A DNA stretch of 64,000 nucleotides from Isurus oxyrinchus (Eukaryota), in contig JANJGN010000026.1 in the NCBI GenBank assembly GCA_026770705.1, forward strand, positions 32,922,001 through 32,986,000, read 5' to 3'. A program made the translations under genes and the position numbers. The notes beneath the pieces are model-generated. The model saw only the letters and a program-made list of their open reading frames with translations. It was not told the origin of the DNA and did no database searches. Below are positions 1 through 11,225 of this stretch, one piece after another; positions within the stretch are counted from its first letter, which is position 1; each line of letters opens with the position of its first letter.

Positions 1-706
1 GTTTAATCCTTACCTTGTCATTGAGTCTCTGTTACGGACTCTAACTTATTCTGAACCTATAATTTTTGCTGTGCTCGTTTTCAGGGTAACTTAAATCCTA
101 TATTTTTTTTGGAGATTTGAGACAGATCATGGAGAATTAGATGGACTTAAAAGGGAATTTTGAAATGAAAATCAGATTAATTTCAAAGAAGTTACAGAAT
201 AATTGTAGTAAATTGACCATTGATCAATTGGAATCAAACAGCTTGAATGAAATGGACAGATTGAACAGATCTCTCTGCTGGGAACTCGATTGTTGCACCA
301 TTTGTGTCTGTTCTGTTTCTGTGCGCGTGGTCGCTGTGCTGGGACCAGGAATCTTCCTGACTGGTTGTTAACCTTCTGGTTCGCTCTCCTGTATTTCAGG
401 AAGTGCAGTTTGATTTATTTCTTCAAAAAACTTGTATCTGTGAGAAATGTGAAAGTTTGACTTTCTGACCAGACGCCTCAGAATGAGATACCCAACCCAT
501 TGTGACAGTCAGAAAGGACAATTCAGAAACAACAGACAGACTGTTGAAGGAGATTTGGTCGATTTGAAACCAGTGATGCATCTGTCTTGGGAGTGTTCAG
601 TTAGGCAATGCGGAGAGAGTTTTATTCTTTTTAATCTGTGCTGTAGCAGACCTTGAACTATTTGGTTAGACAGTGCGGAGGAAGAAATTAGCCTGTAAAA
701 TATTTT

Positions 707-1310
707 TAATCCTGACATAGGATGTTAGGGTCACTGGCAAGGCCAGCATTTGTTGTCCATCCCTAATTACCCTTGAGGAAGTGTTGAAATGTCGCCTCCT
801 TGAATAGCTGCAGGTACATTCGCAGTTAGGTCGGGAGTTCCAGGATTTTGACGCATTCACAGTGAAGGCACAGCGATATAGTTCCAAGTCAGGATAATGG
901 GTGCCTTGGAGGGGAACGTACAGGTGGCGGTGTTCCCAAGCACCTGCTGCCCTTGGTCCTTCTAGTTAGGAGAGGTTGCGGGTTTTGAAGGTGCTGCTGA
1001 AGGAGCCTTGGCGAGGTGCTGCAGTGCACCTTGGATATGGTGCACACTGCTGTCACTGTGCGGCGGTGGGTGAAGAAGTGCATGTTTAAGGTCGTGGATC
1101 GGGTACCAATTCTGTGGCTGTTTTGTCCTGGATAGTATCGGGATTCTTGGGGTTTTTTGAAATTTCACTCATTGAGGCAAGTGAAAACTATTCAATTCCA
1201 GTCCTGACTTGTGCGTTGTAAATGGTGAGTTGTCTTTGGGCGATAGGAGTTGAATTACTCGCCACAGAATTCCCAGCCTCTGATTGGCTCTTGCAGCCAC
1301 AACATTTATA
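707..1310 (-). mobile_element. 3' fragment of a non-LTR retrotransposon (family with ...gggcaattagggatgggcaataaatgctggc tail)
   Basis: Degenerate RT C-terminus (HRRTVTAVCTI.K.HC) and shared tail. Related copies at about 9390-9590, 26718-27328, 43580-43970, 47915-48120, 48622-49290 and 58155-58770. Confidence 0.8.
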
Positions 1311-2049
1311 TCAAAACTGGATTGAACCCTCTCCTGGGCACATTTGATGGGACAATGTAGAGGGAGTTTTATTTTATGTAAAACCAGTGCTGTACCTGCC
1401 CTGGACTGTTTGACAGTTCAGTGGAGAGTTGGCTTTCTGTTGAATCCCACCCTTGCAGCTGATGACAGGAGTGTACCAGGGGAGGAGTGGGGGCTTTAAT
1501 CCATATCTTGACTTGTCCTCTTCCTGACCTGACAGTCTTCTCCCCGCAGAGGTCAAACAAACTGAATCAGCATCGAACTAACTGGCTGAGTCCTCGAGCC
1601 AGATCTGTGAAAATAAATTGTTCCATTGCTCGGTTGAAATGACGCACGTTAACTGTTTTTAACAATATTTCTGGAGAGAACATGTATAAATTTTAATGAA
1701 TTAATTATGTTTAACATTTTGAGTATCAGAAAATCATTGAATCTGAATGACCTGAACTTGAGCACTACTTCAGAGCAAACAGAATCAGGGAGTGACAGTG
1801 AGGCTCCAGAGAGCAGCGCCTGTTCTGATCTGATCAGAGGCTGCAAGTTATTTAAATGACTGAAATGGACAATGACCAGGCTCCCGCTCCAAATAACCAG
1901 TCGCGGGGGATTTGTGAAAAGGAACCAACATCTAAAACTGAGTCATTAGATTGCCGCCTGCAGTGGGAGGAATGAATTACAGGAATAAGAGGACATTCGG
2001 CCCTTTGATCCTGCTCTCCATTCCGTTAGATCATGGCTGATCTACCTCG

Positions 2050-2965
2050 ACACACTCAGTCTCTTTACCACACACCCTCACGCATTCACTCTCTCTGTCA
2101 CACACACTCTCTCTCACATTCTCCCTCTCACACACAAACTCTCTTTAACACGCACACTCTTGTCTCTCACACATTGCCTCTCTCTTTCATGCACACTCTC
2201 ACACAGACACTCACATTCTCTCATACACATACTCTTTCAACTATACACACTCTTACACACGTACACACTATCTTTCTCTCACACACATGCACTCTTTCTT
2301 GCTCACACATGCACTCACACACATATACACGCACACTCATTCTCTTTTACACACGCCCACTCTCTCTCTCTCTCACACATACATGCACACTCTCTCCCAC
2401 ACCCATACACACTCTCACACATGCATGCGCTCTCCATTCCCTCTCACACAGACACAGAAACACAAACACATTCCATCTCATACTTACACTTTTTCTCTCA
2501 CACATGCACTCTCTCATTCTCTCTCTCACACACAGGCACTCTCTCTCTCTCTCTCTCTCTCTCTATATCTGACAAAAATACTGGCTCTCTTTTTCACACA
2601 CTCTTTCTCTCCCACACACACACATTCTCTCTATCACACAAACTTTCTCACACATTTCTACTACCTATCACTCACACCTCTGCACACACACTCTCTCTCT
2701 CACAGTCACTCTCTCTGTCTCTCTCTCATACACACACATTCTCTCTCACACACATTTCTATATCTCAGACACTCTCACACTTATGCTCCCTCTGACACAC
2801 ATATAAAAACATACTCTCCTCCTCTCTCTCTTTCACACACACACACACACACACTGTCTCTCTCTGTCTCTGTCTCTCTCTTTCTCTCAAAAACACACAT
2901 ACACTTGCATGCACTCGCTCTCTCCCTCTCTTTCTCATGCACACGCACACATTTTCACACACAGA
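2050..2965. repeat. Degenerate (CA)n/(CT)n low-complexity tract
   Basis: Visible dinucleotide mosaic; the His/Thr/Leu/Ser ORFs here are artefacts. Confidence 0.95.
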
Positions 2966-3539
2966 AGTGGGCTGAAAATGCTAACTGCAGAATGAAAATC
3001 CGTTAAGCTGCATGCATGTTCATTGTTCCAATTCTGATGTCTTTTTGTGCAAAATGTAATTACACAGGTGACGCCACTATATATGTGGAGAATTTCCAAG
3101 TGTTGAACCAAACACAAAGAAACAAGAAAAAGGGAGGGATATGATGGAGACAACAGCCGCCTGGATCCCCAATCCTGGTGCACACTTGGTGCAAGATGCC
3201 TGCACGGCTCATCCTGGTTTTGCTGTAACCTTCCCCTCCAGCCCCCTCATTCTGCCTATTTGCACACTGACACGGGTTTCTCAAAGAAAGGCATCAGCAT
3301 TAAAGCAGCTGGCCAGTGATCTACACTGCTGCCTGACTTTACACAGCCGGTGTTACTGAAAGCTGATCAATATGGAGAATCAGGACAGGATCAATGGAGA
3401 GGAAGAGGAGGAGGTGGAGGTGGTGGAGCCGAATGGAGGAGCCCCCAGCTCGGCTGTGGACAACAGGCAACGGAAAGCTGAGACAGAGCAGAAAATCATC
3501 CAGGGAAACATCGCCTTGATGAGCCTGCAGCACCTGGGC

Positions 3540-4185
3540 ACCCTCACTACCCACAATCACTCACCCTCACTCACCCTCACTACCCACAATCACTCACCCT
3601 CACTCAATCTCACTCACTCACTCACCCTCACTCATTCACCCTCACTCATTCACCCTCACTCCCTCGCCCTCACTCACTCGCTCTCACTCACTCACTCACC
3701 CACCCTCACTGAACACACCCTCATTCACCCAACCACACCCACCTTCACTTACCCTCATCGACTCACCATCAATTACACACTCAACTTCACTCACTCACCC
3801 TAACTCACCCTCACCCAACCTCACTCCTCGCCCCCAATCATTCACTCACCCTCATTCTACCTCACTCACCCTTTCACACCCAGCCTCATTCATACTCATT
3901 CACTCACCCTCGATCACCCACTCTGACTTACTCACCTCCACCTACACCCTCATTCACTCGCCCTCACTCACCCACCCTCACTCACCCTCATTCACCCTTA
4001 CCCACCCAGCCTCATTCACACTCATCCACCCGCCCTCACACACCCACTCACCGTCACATACATACGCACCCTCACATACCCATCTACCCTCATTCAAACA
4101 CCCACCCTCACTCACTCAGCCACCCACACTCACTCTGTCACTCAGGCACCCTCACTTTGTCAATCATGCACATGCTCACTCACTT
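3540..4185. repeat. C-rich (CTCA/CACCCT)n low-complexity tract
   Basis: Repeated ctcactcaccct units. Confidence 0.9.
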
Positions 4186-4299
4186 GATCATTTTTTCAAA
4201 ATCGGTGTGTGGGAGGGCGGGAACTGCAGTGAAGAGAGACCTGGAAGCGAGGCCTGAGGCCTAGCAGTGCCAGAAAATGGAGCATGGCCTCAGGGAACG

Positions 4300-5105
4300 A
4301 CGAGCGTCGGTGGAAAGGACAGAAGGGCGGGGGGAAAGCGTAGAGGGCCTGGGGGAAAGGGCAGAGAGCCGGGGAGGAAAGACAGGGAGGCAGAGGGAAG
4401 AGAAGAGAGTCGGGGAAAAGGGCAATGATCCAGCAGAAAGTGCAGAGAGACGAGGCAAAGGTCAGGAAGCCGGGGAACGGGCAGAGATCCGTGGAGTAAT
4501 TGCAGCGAGCTGGGGTTGAAAGGGCAGAGAGGGGGGTGGGGTCAAGGGCAGAGAGGCGGGAGCAGGAAAGGGCAGAGAGGCGACGGAAAGGTCAGCGAAC
4601 TGGGGAAAAAGGCAGAGAGCCGGGTGAAAGTGCAGAGAGCCGTGGGGTAAATGCAGAGAGCTGGAGGAGAAAGGACAGAGAGAGGGGAGGGCAGAGAGGC
4701 GGGGGGGAAAGGGCAGAGAAGCTGAGAGTGGGATGGGCAAAGAGGCAATGGAAAGAGCAGAGGGCCGGGCAAAAGTGCAGAGATCCTTGGATTAAGCGCA
4801 GAGAGCTGGGGGAGAAAGGACAGAGAGGCGGCGGGGAAAGGGCAGAGAAGCGGGGGGGTGGGGTAAAGGACAGAGAGGCAGGAGGGGGAAAGGGCAGAGA
4901 GTGGGTGTTGGGACGAGCAAAGAGGTGATGGAAAGGGCAGAGAGCTGAGCGAAAGTGCAGAGATCCTTGGATTAAGCGCAGAGAGCTGGGGGAGAAAGGG
5001 CAGGGAGGTGGGGGGGTGGGAAGGGCAGGGAGGCAGGGGGAGAAGGGCAGAGTGGCCGGTGAAAGTGCAGAGAGCAGGGTGAGAGCGAGGAGAGCTGGGC
5101 AAAAG
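4300..5105 (+). repeat. G/purine-rich degenerate tandem repeat (aagggcagagag / gagagctgggg)
   Basis: Strong G skew. Internal duplication of about 47 bp at about 4772 and 4952. Confidence 0.9.
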
Positions 5106-5534
5106 CAGTTGTGAAACGACGTCCCAGGCGCCCTGGGCGCCACTCTCTCTAACTTTCTCTCCCTCATTGTCTCTCCTCCTCCTGAAATCTTTTCCATTCC
5201 CGGGGAAAGGTGCTAAGTGCCGGGGAAAGAAGGGAGACAATACCTCCATGTGCTTCCCCCCGGCTCCCTGCACCTTTCTCCATCGGGTGTTCGCAGCCCC
5301 TCCAATCATAACCTGTTTGTCTCCCATTTTACTGCTGATAGGGCCACTAGCCAGCCTACCAGCAGCTAACAGGTAGAAGGCTCAACTGTGATTGGAGGAG
5401 CAGCTCCTCACAGATATCTTCAATTCCACTTACCCGTCTTACCAGTATTTTGAACAACAGCTCCGGGGGCTAGATAGAGGGGCTTCGGGGGCTACAATCC
5501 AGTCACGGGACACGGATTGGACAAGCCCGTAACA

Positions 5535-7078
5535 TAGGAAAATAAGGAAATGGGCAGAGAAGTTGGACAAATATTTTGGCCTTAATGAGGTGGTTACTAA
5601 AAGAGCAGAGGCATCAGTTTTAATTTTCCAAACTTCTCTTGATCCTGGAAAGGTCCCATCAGATTGGAAAATAGTGAATGAGGCTTTTATATTAAATAAA
5701 GGAGGGAAAGGGAAAGCAAGAAACTACAGCTTAACACCAGTCAGAGCGAAAATGCTGGAATCTCTTTTTATTGAGTCTATTACGGGTCACTTAGAAAATG
5801 CAAATGCAAATATGTACATCCATCATGGTTTTATGAAAGGGAAATCATGTTTGGCTAATTCGTTTGAGGTCTTTCGAACAAGCAACAAAGAACATGAATA
5901 AAGGAGAACCTGTGGATGTGTTGTACTTGCGCTGCCAGAAGGCATTTGACAAAGTGGCACATCAAACGTTACTACACAAAATAATGGTGTCGGCAGTAAC
6001 ACTTCAGCATGGTTAGAAGTTTGGTTAGCTAACAGGAATAAATTGGTTATTTTAGGCTGGCAAGTTGTGACAAGTGGAGTGCCACAGGGATCAATGCTGC
6101 GGCCTCAACTATTTACAATTTATATCAATGACTTGAATGAAAGGACTGAATGAATTTGCTAAATTTGCTGAAGACACAAATATAGATAGGAAAGTAAGTG
6201 GTGAAGAGGGGATAAAGGTCAGCAAAGGGACATAGATAGACTAACTGAGTGGGCAAAAAAATGGCAGATGGAGTATAATGTGGGAAAATATAAACTTGTT
6301 CACTTTGGCAGGAAGAATACAAAAGCAGCATATTATTGAAAGGGAGAGATTGCAGAATCCTGAGGTACAGAGATATGTGGATCCCTTCGTGCATGAATCA
6401 CAAAAAGTTATAATACAGGAACAGCAAGTGATGAGGAAGGCAAAGGGTGTGTTGTCATTTATTAAAAGGGGAATAGAATATAAAAGTAAAGATGTTTTCC
6501 TACAGTTTAACAGGGCGTCGATGAGATCTCGTCTAAATTGTTGTGTACAGATTTAGTCTCCTTTAAGAAAGCATATAAATGCATTAGAAGCTGTTCAGAG
6601 AATGTTCATTCAAATGATACTGGGAGGCGTCGCCAGTTATATTATGAGGAAATTTGCATAGGCCGGGCCTGTATCCATTGGAGTTTAGAAGAATGAGAGC
6701 TGATTTTATTGAAACATACAAGATCCTGAGGGAAATTGACAGGGTGGATGCTGAAAGGATGCTTCCCCTTGTGGGAGAGACGAACGATAGGAAACACAGT
6801 TTAAAAATAAGAGGTCTCCCATTTCAGACGGAAATGAGGAGATTTTATTTTTCTCTCAAAGGGTCGTGAAACATTGGAACTGTCTTTCCCAGAGAGCGAT
6901 GAAGGAGGAATCATTACTATTTCAAGGCAGAGGTAGAAAGATTCTTAATTGACAAGTGAGTCAAAGATTAGTGGGGAGCAGGCGGGAATGTGGAGTTAAT
7001 GCCAAATCAGATCAGCCATGATCGGAGTGAATGGTGGAGGAGGGTCGAGAGGCCGAATGGCCTACTCCTGCTACTGAT
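5535..7078 (+). mobile_element. Decayed CR1-type LINE (ORF2 RT region to 3' end)
   Basis: Fragments KVPSDWKI, HGFMKGKSCLAN, SGVPQGS, GLYPLEFRRMRADFIETYKIL with stops and frameshifts; CR1 tail ggccgaatggcctactcctgct. Confidence 0.92.
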
Positions 7079-7465
7079 CCGCATGTTCATATGTACATAC
7101 AATTGGAAAATGTCGTACTTACTGTAACTGGTATTCAATTTAGAGTTCTATGGTCATTATATAGTTACCATTACAAAGGTACTTTCGAAGGATCGTTGCT
7201 ATTCTTTGTTTTGGGGGACGTGGAGAGGGGAGGGGGCTTCCAGAAATTGCATAGAAGCGGAAAAAGAGGTGTGAGTTTCGAAAGAGGGAACTGACAGGTG
7301 AGGGTCACCAAATGAAGGAAATAATAAATGATCAAATGTGGGTGTGGGTTTTAGTTGGAATATATTTGTATATGTTTATAGTTATAGTCAAATTTCGAGT
7401 TGTTTGGTTACTTAATGATCACAAATCACAGAGTCTAACTTGTTCAATCGGCCATTCTTTCCCAG

Positions 7466-7765
7466 CGACACCGTCTTCGCCCATTCTCTACAGCCTGATC
7501 TCCTCCTGTCAGCAACACCGTCCCGACGGCTCCGTCACCTACGGCTGTTTGGCGATGGACTATTCCCCAGAAATCACCAGCCTGACCTGGAAGAAAGATG
7601 GGCAGCCGATTACCACTGGATTTCAGACTTACCCGTCGGTGAGAAACCAGAAGGGAACATTCACCCTCAGCAGCCAGTTAACCATCACCGAGTCAGAGGG
7701 GGATTGCAGCAAAATCAACTGTGAGGTTCGACACAGCGGCTCAGACAAGAGCATTAGAATGCAAT
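7466..7765 (+). CDS. IGHM: IgM heavy chain constant exon CH1
   Basis: Acceptor ttcccag|7466 and donor 7765|gtaagt, both phase 1. Encodes (A)[16 protein letters not shown]...[21 protein letters not shown]...SSQLT...INCEVRHSG, an Ig C1-set domain typical of shark mu CH1. Confidence 0.96.
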
Positions 7766-7980
7766 GTAAGTGTTGGGGAACCTGTGAGAAACAGAAAAGC
7801 TGTGATTAACCTGTATAGGGCCTTGGTTATAACGCATTTATAGTACTCTGCATAGTTCTGATCCCTGGAAATTCCAGGTTAGTGTCTATTAACGGAAAAA
7901 AGCCTGTTAAAATATACGAACTCATTGTATCTGTTAGCAATTTCTTCTGCAAGAAATGTTTAACCTTTGTTTTTTTGAAG

Positions 7981-8292
7981 GCCCTGAAACATTCCCTCCA
8001 ACTGTTCTCCTCACCGTGAGTTCCCGGGAAGAAATCACAACCAACAAATTTGCAACCGCCATCTGTTCAATCATCGATTTCCGTCCAAGTTCCATCACCG
8101 TGAAGTGGCTGAAGAATGGACAACCCATGGATTCAGGAATTGTCACCTCTCCCGTCTTTTCAGTAAACGGGAACTTCTCGGCGACCAGTCGGCTGAAAGT
8201 CTCCGCTGGGGAATGGTTCACCGACGTGGTCTATACTTGTCAGGTCACTCACGAAGAGGTCACCCAAAGTCGAAACGCCACCAAGTGTGGGG
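7981..8292 (+). CDS. IGHM: IgM heavy chain constant exon CH2
   Basis: Acceptor tttttgaag|7981, donor 8292|gtaaga. Encodes [10 protein letters not shown]...[23 protein letters not shown]...YTCQVTH. Confidence 0.96.
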
Positions 8293-8354
8293 GTAAGAAA
8301 TAAAAACGGAGGAAGAAATAGAGCACTTTGCACTCCAATGTTAATCAAATCTGG

Positions 8355-8621
8355 AATTTATTAAAAGCAGTAACAGCTTCGCGATAGAGCGTTGGAAAGT
8401 GCATCCACCCTATTTGTAAAACAACTTTCAGTACTGCATTCCAGGGCCCAGGAATGGTATATTTGTATAGAGACTGAGGCAACGCAGATTCATCAGAATG
8501 TTACTGGGGCTGAAGGACTTAAATTATGAGAACAATTTACACAGACCAAGCTGGCTTTGCATTATGTAAAGAAGATTAAAGACGATAGTTAGAGGTTGAT
8601 GTGTCGAAGGTGATATATTCT
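8355..8621 (+). repeat. 267-bp direct repeat, copy 1 (CH2-CH3 intron)
   Basis: Ungapped match to 10191-10457 with about 7 mismatches. Partly resembles a decayed CR1 ORF2 3' segment. Confidence 0.95.
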
Positions 8622-8692
8622 GCTTTCGAGAGTGAAGTGCTGTCCTGATTCTGAATGTGAAAATTTGGTTGATTTTCATTTCTGTTTCACAG

Positions 8693-9001
8693 AACATTCC
8701 CAGTGCAGCGATCCTACAATTACTCTACTGCCACCGTTAATAGAACAGGTTTTACTGGAGGCGACGGTGACATTAACCTGCATTGTTTCTAATGCCCCTT
8801 ATGGAGTCCTCGTGTCCTGGACCCAAGAAAAGAAGCCTTTGAAATCAGAGATTGCCGTCCAACTGGGAGAGGATTACAACAGCGTGGTCAGCAACGTAAA
8901 CATCTCGACACAAGCCTGGCTGAGTGGGGCTGAGTTCTACTGCGTGGTGAGTCATCAGGATCTGCCGACTCCTTTAAGAAATTCCTTCCACAAGGAACCA
9001 G
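8693..9001 (+). CDS. IGHM: IgM heavy chain constant exon CH3
   Basis: Acceptor tttcacag|8693, donor 9001|gtgagc. Encodes [31 protein letters not shown]...[20 protein letters not shown]. Confidence 0.96.
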
Positions 9002-9708
9002 GTGAGCGGTGAGATTTAGCAATAAGTGAGTCATTGTGTCTAAATCCACTGTGAGGGTCAATATTTAATATTCAGTGCATTAAGGTCCACTCCGATTGGT
9101 AATTCCCCTAACTAAATGCTCTGGGCCTGTAGACTTCAGGGGGAAATTGATAAATAGATGAATGAACAATGAATTGAAGGCTGTGCTATTGGGTTTAGAT
9201 GAAGTAAGGTAGGAGGAGCCTGGTGCGGAGCTTAAACACCAACACAGACCAGTTGGGCCGAATGGCCTGTTTCTGTGCTGTAAACTTTGAGAAACTTTCT
9301 CGTCCAACCACGTAAGTTCTTAGGGAAAATGATTGTGTCCACCTCTGCTCAGAGCTGGAAAACCGGACAGATCCCAAAGTGCTTTATTAATTAATTCGTG
9401 GGATGTGGGCGTCACTGGCTGGGCCAGCGTTTATTGCCCATCACTAATAGCCATTGAGAAGGGGGTGATGAGCTACCTTCTTGAACCGCTGCAATCCATC
9501 TGGTGTGGGCACACCCACAGTGCTGTTAGGGAGGGAGTTCCAGGGTTTTGACTCAGCAATAGTGAAGGAACGGTGCTATATTTCCAAGAAGTGGATAAGG
9601 AAAACATTTTATATTCATCACAAAACACATTTCTCTCACAGCTAACCAGCCGTTTCATTGTCTCCAAAATTATTCAGTTTATTGACATTTATCTTACAAT
9701 TTCTGCAG

Positions 9709-10100
9709 TTAAAACTCCGCGGGAACCGTCCGTGTCTGTCCTCCTGCCCTCGGCAGAAGATGTCTCCGCTCAGAGATTCGTCTCCCTCAGCTGCTTAGTG
9801 AGAGGTTTCTCCCCGCGAGAGATTTTCGTCAAGTGGACCGTCAATGACAAACCGGTGAATCCCGGAAACTACAAGAACACCGAGGTGGTGGCGGAGAACG
9901 GCAATCGCTCCTTCTTCATGTACAGCCTGTTATCCATTGCAGCGGAGGAGTGGGCCAGCGGCGCTTCTTACTCCTGTGTGGTGGGACATGAAGCGATCCC
10001 CTTGAAGATCATCAACAGAACGGTTGATAAATCCAGCGGTAAACCGAGTTTTGTGAACATTTCTCTTGCACTGATGGACACCGTTAATTCATGTCAATGA
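9709..10100 (+). CDS. IGHM: IgM heavy chain exon CH4 plus secretory tailpiece
   Basis: Acceptor ttctgcag|9709. Encodes PSVSVLLPS...[18 protein letters not shown]...[24 protein letters not shown], then the tailpiece [19 protein letters not shown] with an N-glycosylation site and penultimate Cys. Internal donor for the membrane form at 10038|gtaaac. Confidence 0.97.
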
Positions 10101-10127
10101 GAATCTCTCGGTTACATTTCAAACTTC

Positions 10128-10133
10128 AATAAA
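10128..10133 (+). terminator. Poly(A) signal of secretory mu mRNA
   Basis: AATAAA 27 nt after the tailpiece stop codon. Confidence 0.8.
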
Positions 10134-10190
10134 AAAAATAACGTCCTTTTCTCCGATCGTTATTTAAATTCGCAAACGCTTAGTTAATGT

Positions 10191-10457
10191 AATTTATTAA
10201 AAGTGGTAACAGCTTCGGGATAGAGCGTTGGAAATTGCATCCACCCTATTTGTAAAACAGCTTTCAGTACTGCATTCCAGGGCCCAGGAATGGTATATTT
10301 GTATAGAGACTGTGGCAACGCAGATTCATCAGAATGTTACTGGGGCTGAAGGACTTAAATTATGAGAACAATTTACACAGACCAAGCTGGCTTTGCATTA
10401 TGTAAAGAAGATTAAAGACGATAGTTAGAGGTCGATGTGTCGAAGGTGATATATTCT
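10191..10457 (+). repeat. 267-bp direct repeat, copy 2 (downstream of the secretory poly(A) signal)
   Basis: Ungapped match to 8355-8621, offset 1836 bp. Confidence 0.95.
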
Positions 10458-10794
10458 TCTCCACTTTTGCTAATGTTAGACCTGTTCAGTTAAAATCGGA
10501 TATTTACAGGACTCACACCCAAGTCTTGTACAGCCAGTGCTCCCAGCTCAGATACACCCTGGATTAGAGACAGAGTAAAACTCATTTATTACAGGATTCT
10601 GCAAAATAACTTCATCAGCTCTCCTCCCGCTGAGGAGAAATCTGTCAATTTCCCATTTCCGACAAACAATCACAGCGCATTTAGATCTGGGTGTTCCTGT
10701 TTCTCTTCTTGTCCATCCCTTTAAAATGGATATCAGCTTTAAGCTGCTGCACCACACCCACTGGGAACTGAAGTAAGGGTCACACACAAACATG

Positions 10795-11225
10795 TCCCAA
10801 CAACCCCCCAGCAGAGAGAGGGGAAAGGGAAATTGTTAACCCACTGTACCCTCTCTTCCCCAACAGGGAGAGGGGGAAGGGAAATTCTTAACCCACTGTA
10901 CCCACACTTCTCCAACAGAGAGAGGGGGAAGGGAAATTATTAACCAACTGTACCCCCACTTTACCAACAAAGGGTGGGGGGAATTGCTCAGCTACTGTAC
11001 ACCCACTTCCCCAACAGAGAAAACTGAAAGGAAAATTGTTGTCCAATTTTACCTCCACTTGCTAAACAAAAAGACGAGGAAGGTCATTCGTTATCCCAGT
11101 GTGTCTCCACTTCTCAGCAGACAGAACCGAAAGGGAAATTGCTTAGCCAACCACAGGGAGGGAAGCTATTAACTCACTGGACTCTCAGTCCCCGAGCAGA
11201 GAATCTGGAAGGGAACAGGCCTCCA
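10795..11225. repeat. Degenerate ~52-bp tandem repeat
   Basis: Several copies of ccaacagagagagggggaagggaaatt..taacccactgtaccc. Confidence 0.8.

Noticed and set aside
2033-5327. Long ORFs of 140-260 aa
   Set aside because: Translations of CA/CT, CTCA and G-rich low-complexity repeats.
1-7465. VH, D or JH segments and recombination signal sequences
   Set aside because: No WGxG J motif with a donor site and no convincing heptamer-spacer-nonamer were found by eye. V-D-J presumably lies upstream of the window, so functionality of the cluster cannot be confirmed.
7701-7983. Extra cysteines in CH1 (GDCSK, and the junction Cys)
   Set aside because: Similar extra Cys residues are, from memory, usual in shark mu chains; not evidence of novelty.
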